Below, in pieces: positions 9,680 to 21,224 of a stretch of DNA of 53,627 nucleotides. Both the position numbers and the translations under genes were made by a program. This DNA comes from an uncultured Rhodobacterales bacterium (GTDB taxonomy: Bacteria > Pseudomonadota > Alphaproteobacteria > Rhodobacterales > Rhodobacteraceae): the NCBI GenBank assembly GCA_964476515.1, contig CAYZAY010000005.1:1-53627 (forward strand), read 5' to 3'. Below the pieces are notes generated by a model that was not told the origin of the DNA, did not search any database, and worked only from the letters and a program-made list of their open reading frames with translations. Each line of letters begins with the position of its first letter. Within the stretch, counting starts at the first letter, position 1.

Positions 9680-10666
9680 ATGTACCAGTGCGGTTATCAA
9701 ACAGGAGAAGAGTTTTCTTCAACGCGAAGTAATTGGACCAACAACGGTCCGCGCCCGCTGAAATGGTCGGCTTGGTATCCCGCGACTGATATTGAAGGCC
9801 GTAAGACCGCAAAGGATTTCTTTGACCTTGAAGGGGCCGGTTTGAACGCTCCGATAGCTGAAGGGCGATTTCCGCTTGTGATACTGTCCCATGGAACCGG
9901 CGGATCAGCCGAAGGGCAGGCGTGGCTGGCGACATTTCTGGCCAAGCATGGGTTCATCGTCATCGGTGCCAACCACCACGGCAATTCAACGATGGATACC
10001 TATACCCCCGAAGGGTTTTTGTGCTGGTGGGAACGGGCCGAAGATTTTACCGAGCTTTTGAATTTCCATTTGGCGGTAGGTCCGTTTCACCAATCAATCA
10101 TCGCGGATCGTATTTCGGCTGCGGGGTATTCACTGGGTGGGTATACAGCGATGTGTCTGGCGGGCGGCATCACCCAAATGGATGATTTCTTGGCGTGGAG
10201 GGGTCCAGATGGGCCCCGCGCAACCGGACCGTCAGAATTCCAAGACGCCGAAGACAATATCCCCGAGATGATACAAACGTCGCCCGCTTTCCGCACATCG
10301 TGGGAAGGGCAATCGAGGGATTTCACAGACGGTCGGATCAAGTCGCTTGTTCTATTAGCACCAGCTCCCCCAGTTCAGGCGTTTGAGGGGGCAACGATTG
10401 AACAGATCGACCTGCCAATCCTGATCATCAGCGCAGGCGGTGATACAGCGGCCCCAAAGAAAGACGGTGGCGATTTCCTTGTCGGTGTGAAACCTGACTG
10501 TAAACACGTCGATATTGGTTGCCACGCGGATCACTATACCTTTTTGTCTCTCCCGACCCGCAAAGATCTGATCGAGCGTGTCCATATATTCCACGATCAC
10601 GCCACGGTGGACCGTCAACAGATTCACGCCCAGATGTGCGCACTTGTCCTTCCGGCCCTAGCTTAA
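9680..10666 (+). CDS. Alpha/beta hydrolase (dienelactone hydrolase / PAF-acetylhydrolase-like)
   Basis: Nucleophile elbow 'GYSLGG', upstream 'LVILSHGTGGS', and the RBS 'aagagga' before the ATG. Confidence 0.7.
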   Translation: MYQCGYQTGEEFSSTRSNWTNNGPRPLKWSAWYPATDIEGRKTAKDFFDLEGAGLNAPIAEGRFPLVILSHGTGGSAEGQAWLATFLAKHGFIVIGANHHGNSTMDTYTPEGFLCWWERAEDFTELLNFHLAVGPFHQSIIADRISAAGYSLGGYTAMCLAGGITQMDDFLAWRGPDGPRATGPSEFQDAEDNIPEMIQTSPAFRTSWEGQSRDFTDGRIKSLVLLAPAPPVQAFEGATIEQIDLPILIISAGGDTAAPKKDGGDFLVGVKPDCKHVDIGCHADHYTFLSLPTRKDLIERVHIFHDHATVDRQQIHAQMCALVLPALA

Positions 10667-10801
10667 CCGCTTGTAAACTTGACTCATCCCAGTCCTAGGG
10701 ATAATCCCTTGGCTAAACCGCACCCGTCCGGGACCGCGGGCTTCCGAATTTTAAAACTGAATAAATCTGCCACCCCCATGGGGGCCTTCAGGAGTCTGAC
10801 T

Positions 10802-12070
10802 ATGACTGACCGTTTGAACCTTGCTGATCTCAAAAGACAAAGCCCCAAAAACCTGTTGGCGATGGCCGAAGAGCTTGAGATCGAAAACGCCTCGACCATG
10901 CGCAAGGGCGAGATGATGTTCCAAATCCTTCGCGAGCGTGCGGACGAAGGTTGGGAAGTCTCGGGTGATGGCGTGCTTGAGGTTCTTCAGGACGGGTTCG
11001 GATTCTTGCGCTCACCAGAAGCGAACTACCTGCCGGGTCCGGATGACATCTATGTTTCACCCGGCATGATCAAGAAATTCTCTCTACGCACAGGCGACAC
11101 CATCGACGGTGAGATCAAAGCGCCTGACGGGGAAGAGCGTTATTTCGCACTGACGAACGTGTCGACAATCAACTTTGAAGAGCCTGAGAAGGCCAAACAC
11201 AAGATCAACTTTGACAACCTGACGCCGCTTTATCCTGACGAGCGTCTGAAAATGGAAACCGACGATCCGGCGACCAAAGACCGCTCGGCGCGGATCATCG
11301 ACCTTGTTGCCCCAATCGGTAAGGGTCAGCGCTCCCTGATCGTGGCGCCGCCACGGACTGGTAAAACAGTGATCCTGCAGAACATCGCCAACTCGATCGA
11401 AAAGAACCACCCCGAGTGTTACCTGATCGTTCTGCTGATCGATGAACGCCCAGAAGAAGTGACCGACATGCAGCGTTCGGTGAAGGGTGAAGTTGTTTCT
11501 TCGACCTTTGACGAACCCGCGACCCGCCACGTTGCCGTTGCTGAAATGGTCATCGAAAAAGCCAAGCGTTTGGTCGAACATAAACGAGATGTTGTTATTC
11601 TTCTCGACTCTATCACAAGACTTGGTAGAGCGTTTAACACTGTCGTGCCGTCCTCGGGTAAGGTTTTGACCGGTGGTGTGGACGCAAACGCATTGCAACG
11701 CCCCAAGCGTTTCTTTGGTGCTGCCCGTAACATCGAAGAGGGTGGATCGCTGACCATCATCTCGACCGCGCTGATCGACACAGGGTCGCGCATGGACGAA
11801 GTTATCTTCGAAGAATTCAAAGGCACCGGTAACTCGGAAATCGTTCTGGATCGCAAGATCGCCGACAAGCGCGTCTTCCCAGCCATCGATATTCTGAAAT
11901 CAGGCACCCGGAAAGAAGACCTGTTGGTCGACAAGATCGACCTGCAGAAAACCTTCGTTCTGCGTCGCATCCTGAACCCGATGGGAACAACTGATGCGAT
12001 CGAATTCCTGATCTCGAAGTTGAAGCAGACCAAGAACAACACCGAGTTCTTCGATTCAATGAACACCTGA
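10802..12070 (+). CDS. rho: Transcription termination factor Rho
   Basis: The ATG at 10802 gives '[31 protein letters not shown]' (Rho N-terminal domain). Walker A 'PPRTGKT' is present and the length (423 aa) is typical. Confidence 0.95.
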   Translation: MTDRLNLADLKRQSPKNLLAMAEELEIENASTMRKGEMMFQILRERADEGWEVSGDGVLEVLQDGFGFLRSPEANYLPGPDDIYVSPGMIKKFSLRTGDTIDGEIKAPDGEERYFALTNVSTINFEEPEKAKHKINFDNLTPLYPDERLKMETDDPATKDRSARIIDLVAPIGKGQRSLIVAPPRTGKTVILQNIANSIEKNHPECYLIVLLIDERPEEVTDMQRSVKGEVVSSTFDEPATRHVAVAEMVIEKAKRLVEHKRDVVILLDSITRLGRAFNTVVPSSGKVLTGGVDANALQRPKRFFGAARNIEEGGSLTIISTALIDTGSRMDEVIFEEFKGTGNSEIVLDRKIADKRVFPAIDILKSGTRKEDLLVDKIDLQKTFVLRRILNPMGTTDAIEFLISKLKQTKNNTEFFDSMNT

Positions 12071-12105
12071 TCCACGGGTCAGGCGTCTTAAAAGGGCGCG
12101 TTTCT

Positions 12106-13389
12106 ATGGATACGATTTTCGCACTCGCCACCGCACAAGGCAAAGCGGGCGTCGCTGTGGTCCGGATCTCCGGCCCGTCGGCGTTCTTGGCGTGCAAGAC
12201 CCTTTGCGGGGCCGTACCAGAGCCGCGCAAAAGCGCTCTACGCCGGCTGACAGCGTCTGATGGGGTCTTGCTGGACCAAGCTCTGGTTCTGGCCTTTAAG
12301 ACCGGTCACAGCTTCACTGGCGAAGATGTGGTAGAGCTTCATCTGCACGGTTCTGTCGCCATCGTCCGCGCCGTCTTGGCCGAGCTTGGCGCAATGGATG
12401 GGCTGCGCATGGCTGAGGCGGGCGAATTTACCCGCCGCGCGCTAGAGAATTACCAACTGGACCTCGCACAGATCGAGGGTCTGTCGGACCTGATCGAAGC
12501 CGAAAGCGAAGCACAGCGCAGACAGGCGATCCGTGTTTTCGAAGGCAAGCTTGGCGACAAAGCAGAAGATTGGCGGCGCGACCTAATCCGCGCGGCGGCC
12601 CTGATCGAAGCAACCATTGATTTCGCCGACGAAGAGGTCCCGGTAGATGTGATGCCTGAGGTCAGTGAACTACTGATCAAGGTTGAAATTTCGCTTCTGG
12701 AAGAGGCCGAAGGCGCAAAGATTGCCGAGCGCATCCGCGAAGGCTTTGAGGTCGCCATCATAGGCGCGCCAAATTCAGGAAAATCTACTCTTCTCAATAG
12801 GTTAGCAGGTCGAGAGGCCGCAATAACCTCGGAATACGCTGGCACGACGCGGGATGTCATTGAAGTGCGGATGGACCTGAACGGTTTGCCCGTGACGCTT
12901 CTGGATACCGCTGGATTGCGCGACACGGATGACCCCATTGAGGGCATCGGAATTGACCGGGCCGTCGAGCGCGCGACAAAGGCTGACCTACGCGTATTTC
13001 TGTTGTCGGACGAACCGCTTTCTCTTGAGCCTAGCGACGAAGACATTGTGCTGCGCGGCAAGGCAGATGTGACCTCGGGCGCGATGCCGGGGATATCCGG
13101 GAAGACTGGCGAAGGCGTTTCAACTCTCGTTGATCGGATTTCCGACATACTCAGCGAACGGGCCTCTGGCGTTAAAACCGCTATCCGTGAACGCCATAGG
13201 GTGGCGATTGAACAGGGTATAGCTGGAATAACGGCTGCCAAACGATCTCTTGATCTGGGGGGCGAGTTTTCAGATCTCGCAGCAGAGGACATCCGAAGTG
13301 TCGTTCGATCTCTTGACTCGCTTGTCGGGCGTGTCGATGTAGAGCATCTACTGGATGAGATTTTTTCGAGCTTTTGCATCGGAAAGTAA
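12106..13389 (+). CDS. mnmE: tRNA modification GTPase MnmE
   Basis: '[23 protein letters not shown]', G1 'GAPNSGKST', G3 'DTAG', C-terminal 'FCIGK'. Confidence 0.95.
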   Translation: MDTIFALATAQGKAGVAVVRISGPSAFLACKTLCGAVPEPRKSALRRLTASDGVLLDQALVLAFKTGHSFTGEDVVELHLHGSVAIVRAVLAELGAMDGLRMAEAGEFTRRALENYQLDLAQIEGLSDLIEAESEAQRRQAIRVFEGKLGDKAEDWRRDLIRAAALIEATIDFADEEVPVDVMPEVSELLIKVEISLLEEAEGAKIAERIREGFEVAIIGAPNSGKSTLLNRLAGREAAITSEYAGTTRDVIEVRMDLNGLPVTLLDTAGLRDTDDPIEGIGIDRAVERATKADLRVFLLSDEPLSLEPSDEDIVLRGKADVTSGAMPGISGKTGEGVSTLVDRISDILSERASGVKTAIRERHRVAIEQGIAGITAAKRSLDLGGEFSDLAAEDIRSVVRSLDSLVGRVDVEHLLDEIFSSFCIGK

Positions 13390-13392
13390 GGA

Positions 13393-15267
13393 GTGTTTCA
13401 CGTGAAACAATTCGACGTCATCGTTATCGGAGGCGGCCATGCAGGCGCCGATGCGGCCCACGCAGCCGCGCGGATGGGTGTGAACACCGCGCTGGTGACT
13501 CTGAGCAGGGGTGATTTAGGCGTTATGTCCTGTAATCCCGCTATCGGGGGGCTTGGGAAAGGTCATCTAGTCCGCGAGATTGACGCGCTGGACGGGGTGA
13601 TGGGGGTTGTCGCTGACAAGGCCGGCATTCAGTTCCGCTTGCTTAACAGGCGAAAAGGACCGGCTGTACAGGGGCCGCGCGCACAAGCGGACCGCAAAAT
13701 CTATCGCCGAGAGATGCTTGCACTGACCGAAACGCAAGAAAAGCTAACAATAGTTGAAGGCGAGGCCGCTGATTTCATTATGAACGACGACCGCGTTTGC
13801 GGCGTAGTTCTTGCCGATGGAACCGAGCTGGCGTCAAATTCGGTTATCCTGACTACCGGAACGTTCCTTCGCGGTGTTATTCATATCGGCCCAGAACAAA
13901 GCCAGGGCGGCCGGATGGGCGATAAGCCATCAGTTAAGCTTGCCGAGCGCATCGAAGAGTTCGGGCTTCCACTTGGCCGATTGAAGACCGGTACGCCGCC
14001 AAGACTGGACGGCCGCACCATCAAGTGGGATCTACTGGACGCCCAGCCCGGTGATGATGATCCCGTGCAGTTTTCATTCCTGTCTGAGGGCGTAAGTGCG
14101 CCTCAGGTAACCTGTGGAATTACCCACACAAACGAAAAAACTCACCAGATAATTCGGGATAACCTCGATAAATCAGCGATGTACGGCGGCCACATCGAAG
14201 GCGTCGGACCGCGCTATTGTCCGTCAATTGAAGATAAGATCGTCAGGTTCGCGGATAAAACATCTCATCAAATCTTTCTTGAACCGGAAGGTGCGGATGA
14301 CCACACAGTTTATCCCAACGGAATCTCGACATCTTTGCCGGTTGAGGTCCAAGAAGACTATGTCCATTCGATCTTTGGTCTAGAAGATGCAGTCATACTT
14401 CAGCCCGGATACGCGATTGAGTACGATTACGTCGATCCGCGCGCGCTAAGCCGCACTCTAGAGGTCAAAACGGTCCCGGGGCTTTATCTTGCAGGGCAAA
14501 TCAACGGAACCACCGGGTATGAGGAAGCCGCAGCGCAGGGTCTGGTTGCTGGCCTGAATACCGCGCTGGCCGCTCAGGGTAGGGATCAAATTACTTTTAG
14601 CCGAACCGACAGCTATATTGGTGTGATGATCGACGATCTGGTTACGCGTGGCGTTGCCGAACCCTATCGTATGTTCACCTCTCGCGCAGAATTCCGGCTT
14701 GCACTGCGTGCGGACAATGCAGATCAACGGCTAACGCCCCTAGGAATTGAGCTTGGACTGGTAGGCGAGCACCGGAAAAAGGTATTTGAAGGCAAGATGG
14801 GGTTGCTTCACGAAGCTAGAGCGAGAATATCAGACAAGGCTTACACGCCAACCCAACTAAAGACAGCTGGGCTATCCGTTAATTTGGACGGCACAAAGAG
14901 ATCAGGCGTTGATTTGCTGTCATATCCCGATTTCACATTTGAGACGCTGATAGGGCTAGAGCCAACGCTAGCTGACATCGAGCCTGCGATCCAAGAACAG
15001 ATTTCCCGCGATGCGCTGTATCACAATTACATCGAGCGGCAGAAACGCGATGTCGAAGCGATGAAGAGAGACGAAGGACAGAAAATTCCCGTAGATTTTG
15101 CGTTTTCACACGTCGAAGGGCTTTCAAATGAATTAAAGGGAAAGCTAGAACGCGTTCGGCCTGAAACCCTCGGGCAGGCGGGTCGCATTGATGGAATGAC
15201 ACCGGCGGCACTTACTCTTTTACTCGCAAAAATTCGCCAAGCATCTCGAAAGCGGGCTGCGAAATGA
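13393..15267 (+). CDS. mnmG: tRNA uridine 5-carboxymethylaminomethyl modification enzyme MnmG (GidA)
   Basis: FAD motif '[16 protein letters not shown]' and full-length GidA similarity. The start is GTG at 13393 or 13402. Confidence 0.95.
   Translation: MFHVKQFDVIVIGGGHAGADAAHAAARMGVNTALVTLSRGDLGVMSCNPAIGGLGKGHLVREIDALDGVMGVVADKAGIQFRLLNRRKGPAVQGPRAQADRKIYRREMLALTETQEKLTIVEGEAADFIMNDDRVCGVVLADGTELASNSVILTTGTFLRGVIHIGPEQSQGGRMGDKPSVKLAERIEEFGLPLGRLKTGTPPRLDGRTIKWDLLDAQPGDDDPVQFSFLSEGVSAPQVTCGITHTNEKTHQIIRDNLDKSAMYGGHIEGVGPRYCPSIEDKIVRFADKTSHQIFLEPEGADDHTVYPNGISTSLPVEVQEDYVHSIFGLEDAVILQPGYAIEYDYVDPRALSRTLEVKTVPGLYLAGQINGTTGYEEAAAQGLVAGLNTALAAQGRDQITFSRTDSYIGVMIDDLVTRGVAEPYRMFTSRAEFRLALRADNADQRLTPLGIELGLVGEHRKKVFEGKMGLLHEARARISDKAYTPTQLKTAGLSVNLDGTKRSGVDLLSYPDFTFETLIGLEPTLADIEPAIQEQISRDALYHNYIERQKRDVEAMKRDEGQKIPVDFAFSHVEGLSNELKGKLERVRPETLGQAGRIDGMTPAALTLLLAKIRQASRKRAAK
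13394..13409. promoter_or_regulatory. parS: parS centromere site (perfect TGTTTCACGTGAAACA palindrome)
   Basis: Exact 16-bp match to the ParB-binding consensus. It overlaps the mnmG start codons (encodes FHVK). Confidence 0.85.
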
Positions 15268-15878
15268 ACGAATACGATATCGGACTGGATGTTTCACGTG
15301 AAACAAAAGAGAGACTAGGGCAGTACCTTGAACTGCTGAAAAAGTGGAATCCTGCAATCAATCTTGTGGCTAAATCCACAATCGACGACGCGTGGTGCCG
15401 TCATTTCGTGGATTCCGCGCAAATATTCAAACACGCCCCCAATAGGTGGCGGCACTGGGCTGATTTTGGTAGCGGAGGCGGATTTCCGGGGGCCGTAATT
15501 GCCATCTTGGCCAAAGAACTAAGGCCCGGTGCGCAAATCACACTTGTGGAAAGCGACCAGAGAAAAGCGGCATTTCTTCGAAGCGTGTTGCGCGAAACGG
15601 GCGCAACTGGAGAAGTTATTGCGGGCCGAATTGAAGATATCCCAGCGCTTGAGGCAGATGTAATTTCCGCCCGTGCCTTGGCCGGCTTAACTAAACTTTT
15701 AGGCTTCGCGAAATATCATGGGCGCGCCAGCTCTACGTACCTGTTTCCAAAAGGCGCCAATTGGCAAAAAGAAATCTCGCAGGCCCAAGAATCGTGGTCA
15801 TTCGAATGCTCGGCGATTACAAGTGAAACCGACCCAACTGCTACCGTTCTGAAAATCCGAGGTCTTGCCCGTGTCTGA
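15264..15878 (+). CDS. rsmG: 16S rRNA (guanine527-N7)-methyltransferase RsmG (GidB)
   Basis: 'DVSRET...L..Y..LL.KWN..INLV', SAM motif '[10 protein letters not shown]', and a 4-nt overlap with mnmG. Confidence 0.9.
   Translation: MNEYDIGLDVSRETKERLGQYLELLKKWNPAINLVAKSTIDDAWCRHFVDSAQIFKHAPNRWRHWADFGSGGGFPGAVIAILAKELRPGAQITLVESDQRKAAFLRSVLRETGATGEVIAGRIEDIPALEADVISARALAGLTKLLGFAKYHGRASSTYLFPKGANWQKEISQAQESWSFECSAITSETDPTATVLKIRGLARV
15290..15305. promoter_or_regulatory. parS: parS centromere site (perfect TGTTTCACGTGAAACA palindrome)
   Basis: A second exact 16-bp copy, inside the rsmG 5' end (encodes VSRET). Confidence 0.85.
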
Positions 15879-16674
15879 AACCACCACAACGAAGCCGCGA
15901 ATTATATCCGTAGCAAATCAAAAGGGTGGCGTGGGCAAAACAACAACGGCAATCAATCTGGCGGCGGCAATGGCCGAGCTTGGTTTTAAGGTTCTTGTTA
16001 TTGACCTCGATCCACAGGGCAATGCGTCAACAGGGCTTGGTATTCCCAGCACCGCACGCGATATCACGACCTATGATTTGTTGGTTGAAAAGGTCGATCT
16101 AGACAAAGCGATTCAGGAAACGCAGACAGAAAACCTGTCGATAATTCCCGCGACAACCGATCTGAGCTCTGCCGATATGGAGCTGTTTTCAAACGATAAT
16201 CGGTCATCTTTGCTAAAGTCGGCGCTCCACTCGAAGGTTATGACCGACAAGGGGTTTGACTACATTCTGATCGACTGCCCGCCGTCGCTAAGCCTTTTGA
16301 CGGTTAATGCGATGGTGGCTTCGGATTCGGTGTTAGTGCCGCTGCAGAGCGAATTTTTCGCGCTCGAAGGGCTTTCTCAATTGATGTTGACAATTCGTGA
16401 GGTACGCCAGACGGCGAACCCCGGCTTACGGATCGAAGGTGTTGTTCTGACGATGTTTGATCAGCGTAATAACCTGTCGCAAATGGTGGATGAAGACGCA
16501 CGAGAGCACTTGGGTGAGCTGGTGTTTGAAACGCGTATTCCGCGGAATGTGCGCGTATCTGAGGCACCCTCTTTCGCGCAGCCGGTTTTGGCATATGATA
16601 CGAACTCAAAGGGCGCGATTGCGTATCGTGACCTTGCAAAAGAAATACGACAGCGCCACGCGAGCGCTGCATAG
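15865..16674 (+). CDS. parA: Chromosome partitioning ATPase ParA
   Basis: Deviant Walker A 'NQKGGVGKTTTAINLA'. The start is TTG at 15865 or GTG at 15871. Confidence 0.9.
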   Translation: MPVSETTTTKPRIISVANQKGGVGKTTTAINLAAAMAELGFKVLVIDLDPQGNASTGLGIPSTARDITTYDLLVEKVDLDKAIQETQTENLSIIPATTDLSSADMELFSNDNRSSLLKSALHSKVMTDKGFDYILIDCPPSLSLLTVNAMVASDSVLVPLQSEFFALEGLSQLMLTIREVRQTANPGLRIEGVVLTMFDQRNNLSQMVDEDAREHLGELVFETRIPRNVRVSEAPSFAQPVLAYDTNSKGAIAYRDLAKEIRQRHASAA

Positions 16675-16694
16675 ACGGGTTGGAAAAACGCATA

Positions 16695-17597
16695 ATGGCT
16701 AAGAAAAAAGGATTAGGTCGGGGATTATCTGCGCTGATGGCGGATGTGGCTGAAGCGCCAGAAAAGCAGGCGGAACAGGTGGATCAAGCATCAGAGCCAC
16801 GCGGCGATATGGTTGTGCCGATCGAAAAGATTTCGCCAAATCCTGATCAGCCGCGCCAGACATTTGCCGAGGACGATCTAACCGATCTTGCGAATTCGAT
16901 CCGTGAAAAAGGCGTGATCCAACCGCTTATCGTTCGTCGCGCTGGGGATGACTATCAAATCGTCGCGGGTGAACGCCGTTGGCGTGCTGCTCAAAGGGCG
17001 CAGCTACACGAGCTTCCTGTTTTGGTGCGCGATTTCGATGACACCGAAGTTCTTGAGATTGCAATTATCGAAAACATCCAGCGCGCCGACTTGAATCCGA
17101 TCGAAGAAGCACAGGGTTATCGTCAATTGATGGACCGGTTCGGCCATACACAAGAAAAAATGGCCGAGGCTCTTGGTAAAAGCCGGAGCCATATCGCCAA
17201 TTTGCTTCGCTTGCTGACCCTACCGGACAGTGTTCAGGGCTTTTTGCGTGCTGGCAAGCTTAGTGCGGGGCATGCGCGGGCGCTGGTGACGGCGGATCAG
17301 CCTGAAAAACTGGCAAAGCGCGTCATTTCCGGCGGACTTTCGGTGCGTCAGACGGAAGCGTTGGTAAGAAACGAAGGAAGCGAAGCCAAACCCAAGCCAA
17401 AAACGGCGAAATCAGGCGATAAACGCGACGCAGATACCGTTGCGCTTGAGGGCGATCTATCCGCAGCCTTGGGCATGAAGGTATCGCTGAATCATCCTTC
17501 TGGGGCGGAAACAGGGTCGATTACGATCAAATATACGAATCTCGATCAGCTCGACGATCTGTGCATGATGCTGACTAAGGGCGCACTAAGCGAGTAG
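16695..17597 (+). CDS. parB: Chromosome partitioning protein ParB (parS-binding CTPase)
   Basis: 'MAKKKGLGRGLSAL', ParB box 'GERRWRAA', and the HTH region 'QEKMAEALGKSRSHIANLLRLL'. Confidence 0.9.
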   Translation: MAKKKGLGRGLSALMADVAEAPEKQAEQVDQASEPRGDMVVPIEKISPNPDQPRQTFAEDDLTDLANSIREKGVIQPLIVRRAGDDYQIVAGERRWRAAQRAQLHELPVLVRDFDDTEVLEIAIIENIQRADLNPIEEAQGYRQLMDRFGHTQEKMAEALGKSRSHIANLLRLLTLPDSVQGFLRAGKLSAGHARALVTADQPEKLAKRVISGGLSVRQTEALVRNEGSEAKPKPKTAKSGDKRDADTVALEGDLSAALGMKVSLNHPSGAETGSITIKYTNLDQLDDLCMMLTKGALSE

Positions 17598-18740
17598 TTC
17601 CCTAAGAATACCGTTTAGAACGGGGCGGCCCTTTGGTGTGGCGCGTATTGCTTCTCCGTTAACCTCGATCAAGCCAAGTTCGGACAGCGATCCAATGGCC
17701 GATTGGTCCAGGGGCATTCTACTAAGTGATTGATATCGCGTAATATTGCTGCCTTCGGACAAGCGCAGGCTCATCATCAAATACTCAACCGCCTGATCTT
17801 CACCCGATAGTGGGCTTCTTAGGGATTCGCCTGAACTCGCCTCGGATTTGGCCAGCCATACGGCGGGGGACTGGTGCGTTTCGGTGGAGAGGCGTTGCCC
17901 GTCAATAGTTAGCCGTCCATGCGCACCCGGGCCGATGCCAATGTAATCTCCGTAGCGCCAATAGATCAGGTTGTGACGGCTTTCCTGGCCAAGTTGGGCG
18001 TGATTAGAGACTTCATAGGCAGGCATGTCGGCTTTGTCGCAAATCTCTTGCGTGGCTAGATACATATCAGCAGCGGCGTCATCTTCGGGCAGTCCACGAA
18101 GCTTTCCAGCGTTGTAGCGATCACCAAAAGCCGTGCCTTCTTCGATGGTTAACTGGTAAAGTGAAAGGTGATCGACCGCCATTGAAAGGGCTTGTGTTAA
18201 CTCTGACTGCCAGTCGGCAAGTGTTTGATCCTGACGGGCGTAAATCAGATCAAAGCTGACCCTATCAAAGTTTTTTCGTGCAATATCAAAAGCTTGCTGT
18301 GCTTCGCGAACAGAATGCAACCGCCCAAGCCGCTTTAGGTCGCGATCATTCATCGCCTGATTGCCCATTGAGACACGGTTAACGCCTGCATCGGCGTATC
18401 CAGCAAATCGGCCAGCCTCGACCGAGCCTGGATTGGCTTCCAGTGTCACCTCAAGATCGTTGGCAAGCGTCCAGTGTTTGCGGACCTCGTCCAATATCGC
18501 GTGAACGGTTTCAGGTTCCATCAAGCTTGGCGTGCCGCCACCAAAGAAGATCGTGTTCAGTACACGCCCCTTGGTTTGGGCCGCGTAGCGCTGAATTTGG
18601 CGGGAATAGGCTCGAATCCAACGATCTTGATCGACTGACAGCGCGACGTGGGAATTGAAGTCACAATAGGGGCATTTGGACTGGCAAAACGGCCAGTGAA
18701 TATAAAGGCCAAAGCCCCCGTTGCGCCAATCCTCAGTCAA
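17586..18740 (-). CDS. hemW: Radical SAM heme chaperone HemW (HemN-like)
   Basis: 'LYIHWPFCQSKCPYCDFNS' CxxxCxxC radical-SAM motif and a HemN_C-like C-terminus. Confidence 0.85.
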   Translation of the reverse strand: MTEDWRNGGFGLYIHWPFCQSKCPYCDFNSHVALSVDQDRWIRAYSRQIQRYAAQTKGRVLNTIFFGGGTPSLMEPETVHAILDEVRKHWTLANDLEVTLEANPGSVEAGRFAGYADAGVNRVSMGNQAMNDRDLKRLGRLHSVREAQQAFDIARKNFDRVSFDLIYARQDQTLADWQSELTQALSMAVDHLSLYQLTIEEGTAFGDRYNAGKLRGLPEDDAAADMYLATQEICDKADMPAYEVSNHAQLGQESRHNLIYWRYGDYIGIGPGAHGRLTIDGQRLSTETHQSPAVWLAKSEASSGESLRSPLSGEDQAVEYLMMSLRLSEGSNITRYQSLSRMPLDQSAIGSLSELGLIEVNGEAIRATPKGRPVLNGILRELLA

Positions 18741-19341
18741 AACAGCCAGCGACCAATTTGCGGAACGCGTCTGAGCGGTGGCTCATCGACTTTTTGCGTG
18801 CCGGATCCATTTCGCCGAAGGTTTCGGTTTCGCCGTTAGGCAAAAAGACAGGGTCAAAACCAAAGCCTTCTTCGCCGCGCATTGGCCAAACGACCTGACC
18901 GTCAACGCGACCCTCAAAGATTTCGTCGTGGCCATCAGGCCAAGCCAAGCAAAGCGTGCAATTGAATGCCGCGTTGCGTGGTGCGGGCGCTTTCTTTTCT
19001 TCGAGCAGGGTCCAGACCTTGGTCATCGCTATCGGAAAATCGCGGCCACTAGGCGTTTCGGCCCAATCGGCGGTGTAAACGCCCGGCGCTCCGTCCAATG
19101 CGTCGACCGTAATGCCGCTGTCATCTGACAGGGCGGGCAGGCCGGTAGATTTGGCGGCGAAATGCGCTTTGATGCGGGCGTTGCCGATGAATGTGTCTTC
19201 GGTTTCTTCCGGCTCATCCAGATTGTGATCGGCGGCAGAAGTCACCGTCACGCCAAACTCGGCCATCAGCTCGGCCATTTCGCGGAGCTTGCCTTTGTTG
19301 TGGCTGGCGATGACCAGCTTGTCGCCGTCAAACTTACGCAC
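18733..19341 (-). CDS. rdgB: Non-canonical purine NTP pyrophosphatase RdgB (XTP/dITP diphosphatase)
   Basis: '[13 protein letters not shown]', 'FGFDPVF', 'SHRSDAF' Ham1-family motifs. Confidence 0.9.
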   Translation of the reverse strand: MRKFDGDKLVIASHNKGKLREMAELMAEFGVTVTSAADHNLDEPEETEDTFIGNARIKAHFAAKSTGLPALSDDSGITVDALDGAPGVYTADWAETPSGRDFPIAMTKVWTLLEEKKAPAPRNAAFNCTLCLAWPDGHDEIFEGRVDGQVVWPMRGEEGFGFDPVFLPNGETETFGEMDPARKKSMSHRSDAFRKLVAGCFD

Positions 19342-20050
19342 TGGTTGCGGCTTTCTGGGCGGCGACCAATTCGGCGACGCCTTTGTCGGCCAGATCCATT
19401 AGCTGGTTCATCTGGTCGCGGCTAAAGGTTGCGCCCTCGGCTGACATTTGCACCTCGATCAGGCTGCCATTGCCGAGCATGACAAAATTGCCGTCGGTTC
19501 CGGCTTCGGAATCTTCGGGGTAGTCGAGATCAAGAACCGGCTGACCGGCGTAGATACCGCAGGACACCGCCGCAACCGGATCAACAAGAGGATCGCTGGT
19601 GATGTCGCCCGCTTTCAACAGCTTGTTCACAGCCAGTTTCAGTGCAACCCAACCACCGGTGATAGACGCACAGCGGGTGCCGCCGTCTGCCTGAATGACA
19701 TCACAGTCGATGGTGATCTGACGCTCGCCCAAGGCAACGCGGTCAACGCCAGCGCGAAGCGATCGGCCAATCAGGCGCTGGATTTCAACGGTGCGACCGC
19801 CTTGTTTACCAGCCGAAGCTTCGCGACGCATACGTGATGTGGTCGAGCGGGGGAGCATGCCGTATTCAGCGGTGACCCAGCCAAGACCGGACCCTTTGAT
19901 AAATGGCGGAACGCGCGCTTCCAGCGACGCGGTGCAAAGCACGTGCGTATCGCCCATCTTGATCAGGCAAGAGCCTTCGGCGTGTTTGGTAACGTTGGTT
20001 TCAATCGAAACCGTGCGCATTTCATCTAAATGTCTACCAGAAGGTCGCAT
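19334..20050 (-). CDS. rph: Ribonuclease PH
   Basis: The ATG at 20050 gives '[17 protein letters not shown]...'. '[14 protein letters not shown]' and '[12 protein letters not shown]' are present. The track ORF has an unsupported 40-codon 5' extension. Confidence 0.9.
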   Translation of the reverse strand: MRPSGRHLDEMRTVSIETNVTKHAEGSCLIKMGDTHVLCTASLEARVPPFIKGSGLGWVTAEYGMLPRSTTSRMRREASAGKQGGRTVEIQRLIGRSLRAGVDRVALGERQITIDCDVIQADGGTRCASITGGWVALKLAVNKLLKAGDITSDPLVDPVAAVSCGIYAGQPVLDLDYPEDSEAGTDGNFVMLGNGSLIEVQMSAEGATFSRDQMNQLMDLADKGVAELVAAQKAATSA

Positions 20051-20150
20051 GAAAAATCCCTTTGTCATTTGGTTTGGGGATACAAGGGGGCAGCACATAA
20101 ACGCAACCCCGATTGACCTTTGGGGCCAAGGCTCTTTAATTGGTCGTGAT

Positions 20151-21215
20151 ATGACTGACGGCAAATCCATCCTTTCCGAAATGAACGATCGCTCGCGCGA
20201 GGTGTTCCGGCGCGTGGTTGAAGGCTATCTTGAATCTGGTGAGCCTGTCGGGTCGCGCACTTTGACCCGCATGCTGTCCGAAAAGGTCAGCGCCGCGACG
20301 ATCCGCAACGTGATGCAGGACCTTGAATTCCTCGGTCTGCTCGACAGCCCGCATGTGTCTGCTGGTCGCATTCCGACCCAACAAGGGTTGCGGATGTTTG
20401 TTGATGGGTTGTTAGAAGTCGGGGATCTGAACGAAAACGATCGCCAAAAGATCGAAGGCACAACGGACCGGAATTCAGACGACGTGTCTCAGGTTTTGGA
20501 TCGCGTTGGGTCTGCGCTTTCGGGTTTGACCCAAGGGGCGAGCCTTGTTTTGACGCCCAAGCATGAAGCGCCGATCAAGCATATCGAATTTGTGTCGCTG
20601 GCGCCGGGGCGGGCGCTGGTGGTGTTGGTCTTTGCGGACGGTCACGTTGAAAACCGCGTGTTTACGCCACCGGTCGGGCAAACCGCTGGCGCGATGCGCG
20701 AAGCGGCAAATTTTCTGAATTACATGATAGAAGGCAAGACGCTTTCCGACCTTCACCGGATGTTAAAAACTGACATCGCATCCCGGCGGCAGGAAATTGA
20801 TGTGCTGGCGCATCAGATGGTCGAAGCGGGCCTTGCGGTGTGGGACAACGAAGGCGCGAATTCAGAGCGGCTGATCGTTCGGGGCAGGTCGAATCTTTTG
20901 GGTGGAGACGCCGAAGAAGGTGATTTGGATCGCATCAAAACGCTGTTTGATGACCTTGAGCGCAAGCAGGACATCGCGGAATTCCTTGAATTGACCGAAG
21001 AAGGCGAAGGCGTGCGCATTTTTATCGGCTCAGAGAACAAACTTTTCTCACTTTCGGGTTCCTCTTTGGTCGTAAGTCCTTATATGAACGCTGATCGAAA
21101 AATTATTGGTGCGGTCGGCGTCATCGGACCCACGCGCCTGAACTATGGACGAATTGTGCCGATTGTAGATTACACGGCGCAGCTGGTCGGGAAGCTGATT
21201 TCTGACCGGAGTTAA
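20151..21215 (+). CDS. hrcA: Heat-inducible transcription repressor HrcA
   Basis: The ATG at 20151 (or 20181) gives '...[28 protein letters not shown]'. The track ORF runs 360 nt further upstream, antisense through rph, and is not credible. Confidence 0.9.
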   Translation: MTDGKSILSEMNDRSREVFRRVVEGYLESGEPVGSRTLTRMLSEKVSAATIRNVMQDLEFLGLLDSPHVSAGRIPTQQGLRMFVDGLLEVGDLNENDRQKIEGTTDRNSDDVSQVLDRVGSALSGLTQGASLVLTPKHEAPIKHIEFVSLAPGRALVVLVFADGHVENRVFTPPVGQTAGAMREAANFLNYMIEGKTLSDLHRMLKTDIASRRQEIDVLAHQMVEAGLAVWDNEGANSERLIVRGRSNLLGGDAEEGDLDRIKTLFDDLERKQDIAEFLELTEEGEGVRIFIGSENKLFSLSGSSLVVSPYMNADRKIIGAVGVIGPTRLNYGRIVPIVDYTAQLVGKLISDRS

Positions 21216-21224
21216 AGGTGAAAT

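Noticed and set aside
12450-13379. A 309-aa ORF antisense to mnmE. Similar long antisense or alternate-frame ORFs occur at 11419-12075, 25687-26277, 27673-28239, 40121-40714, 3076-3678, 30804-31385 and 1507-2109.
   Set aside because: Each lies entirely inside a strongly supported conserved gene. The translations are Arg/Ser/Pro-rich and low-complexity with no recognisable motifs. These are shadow ORFs, typical of moderately GC-rich DNA.
19791-20150. Long 5' extensions in the ORF track: hrcA from 19791, rph to 20170, rho from 10679, MFS from 1181, tim44-like to 5090, Hpt to 37163, methyltransferase to 47333, comF from 47112, cca from 40540, and the L,D-transpeptidase from 42993.
   Set aside because: The extensions overlap neighbouring genes or read through intergenic DNA and are not protein-like. 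Internal ATGs give canonical N-termini for each family.
20051-20150. Looked for a CIRCE element (TTAGCACTC-N9-GAGTGCTAA) or a clear RpoH-type promoter upstream of hrcA-grpE.
   Set aside because: No match to either half of CIRCE is visible. TTGACC-N17-TTAATT is only a weak sigma-70-like match.
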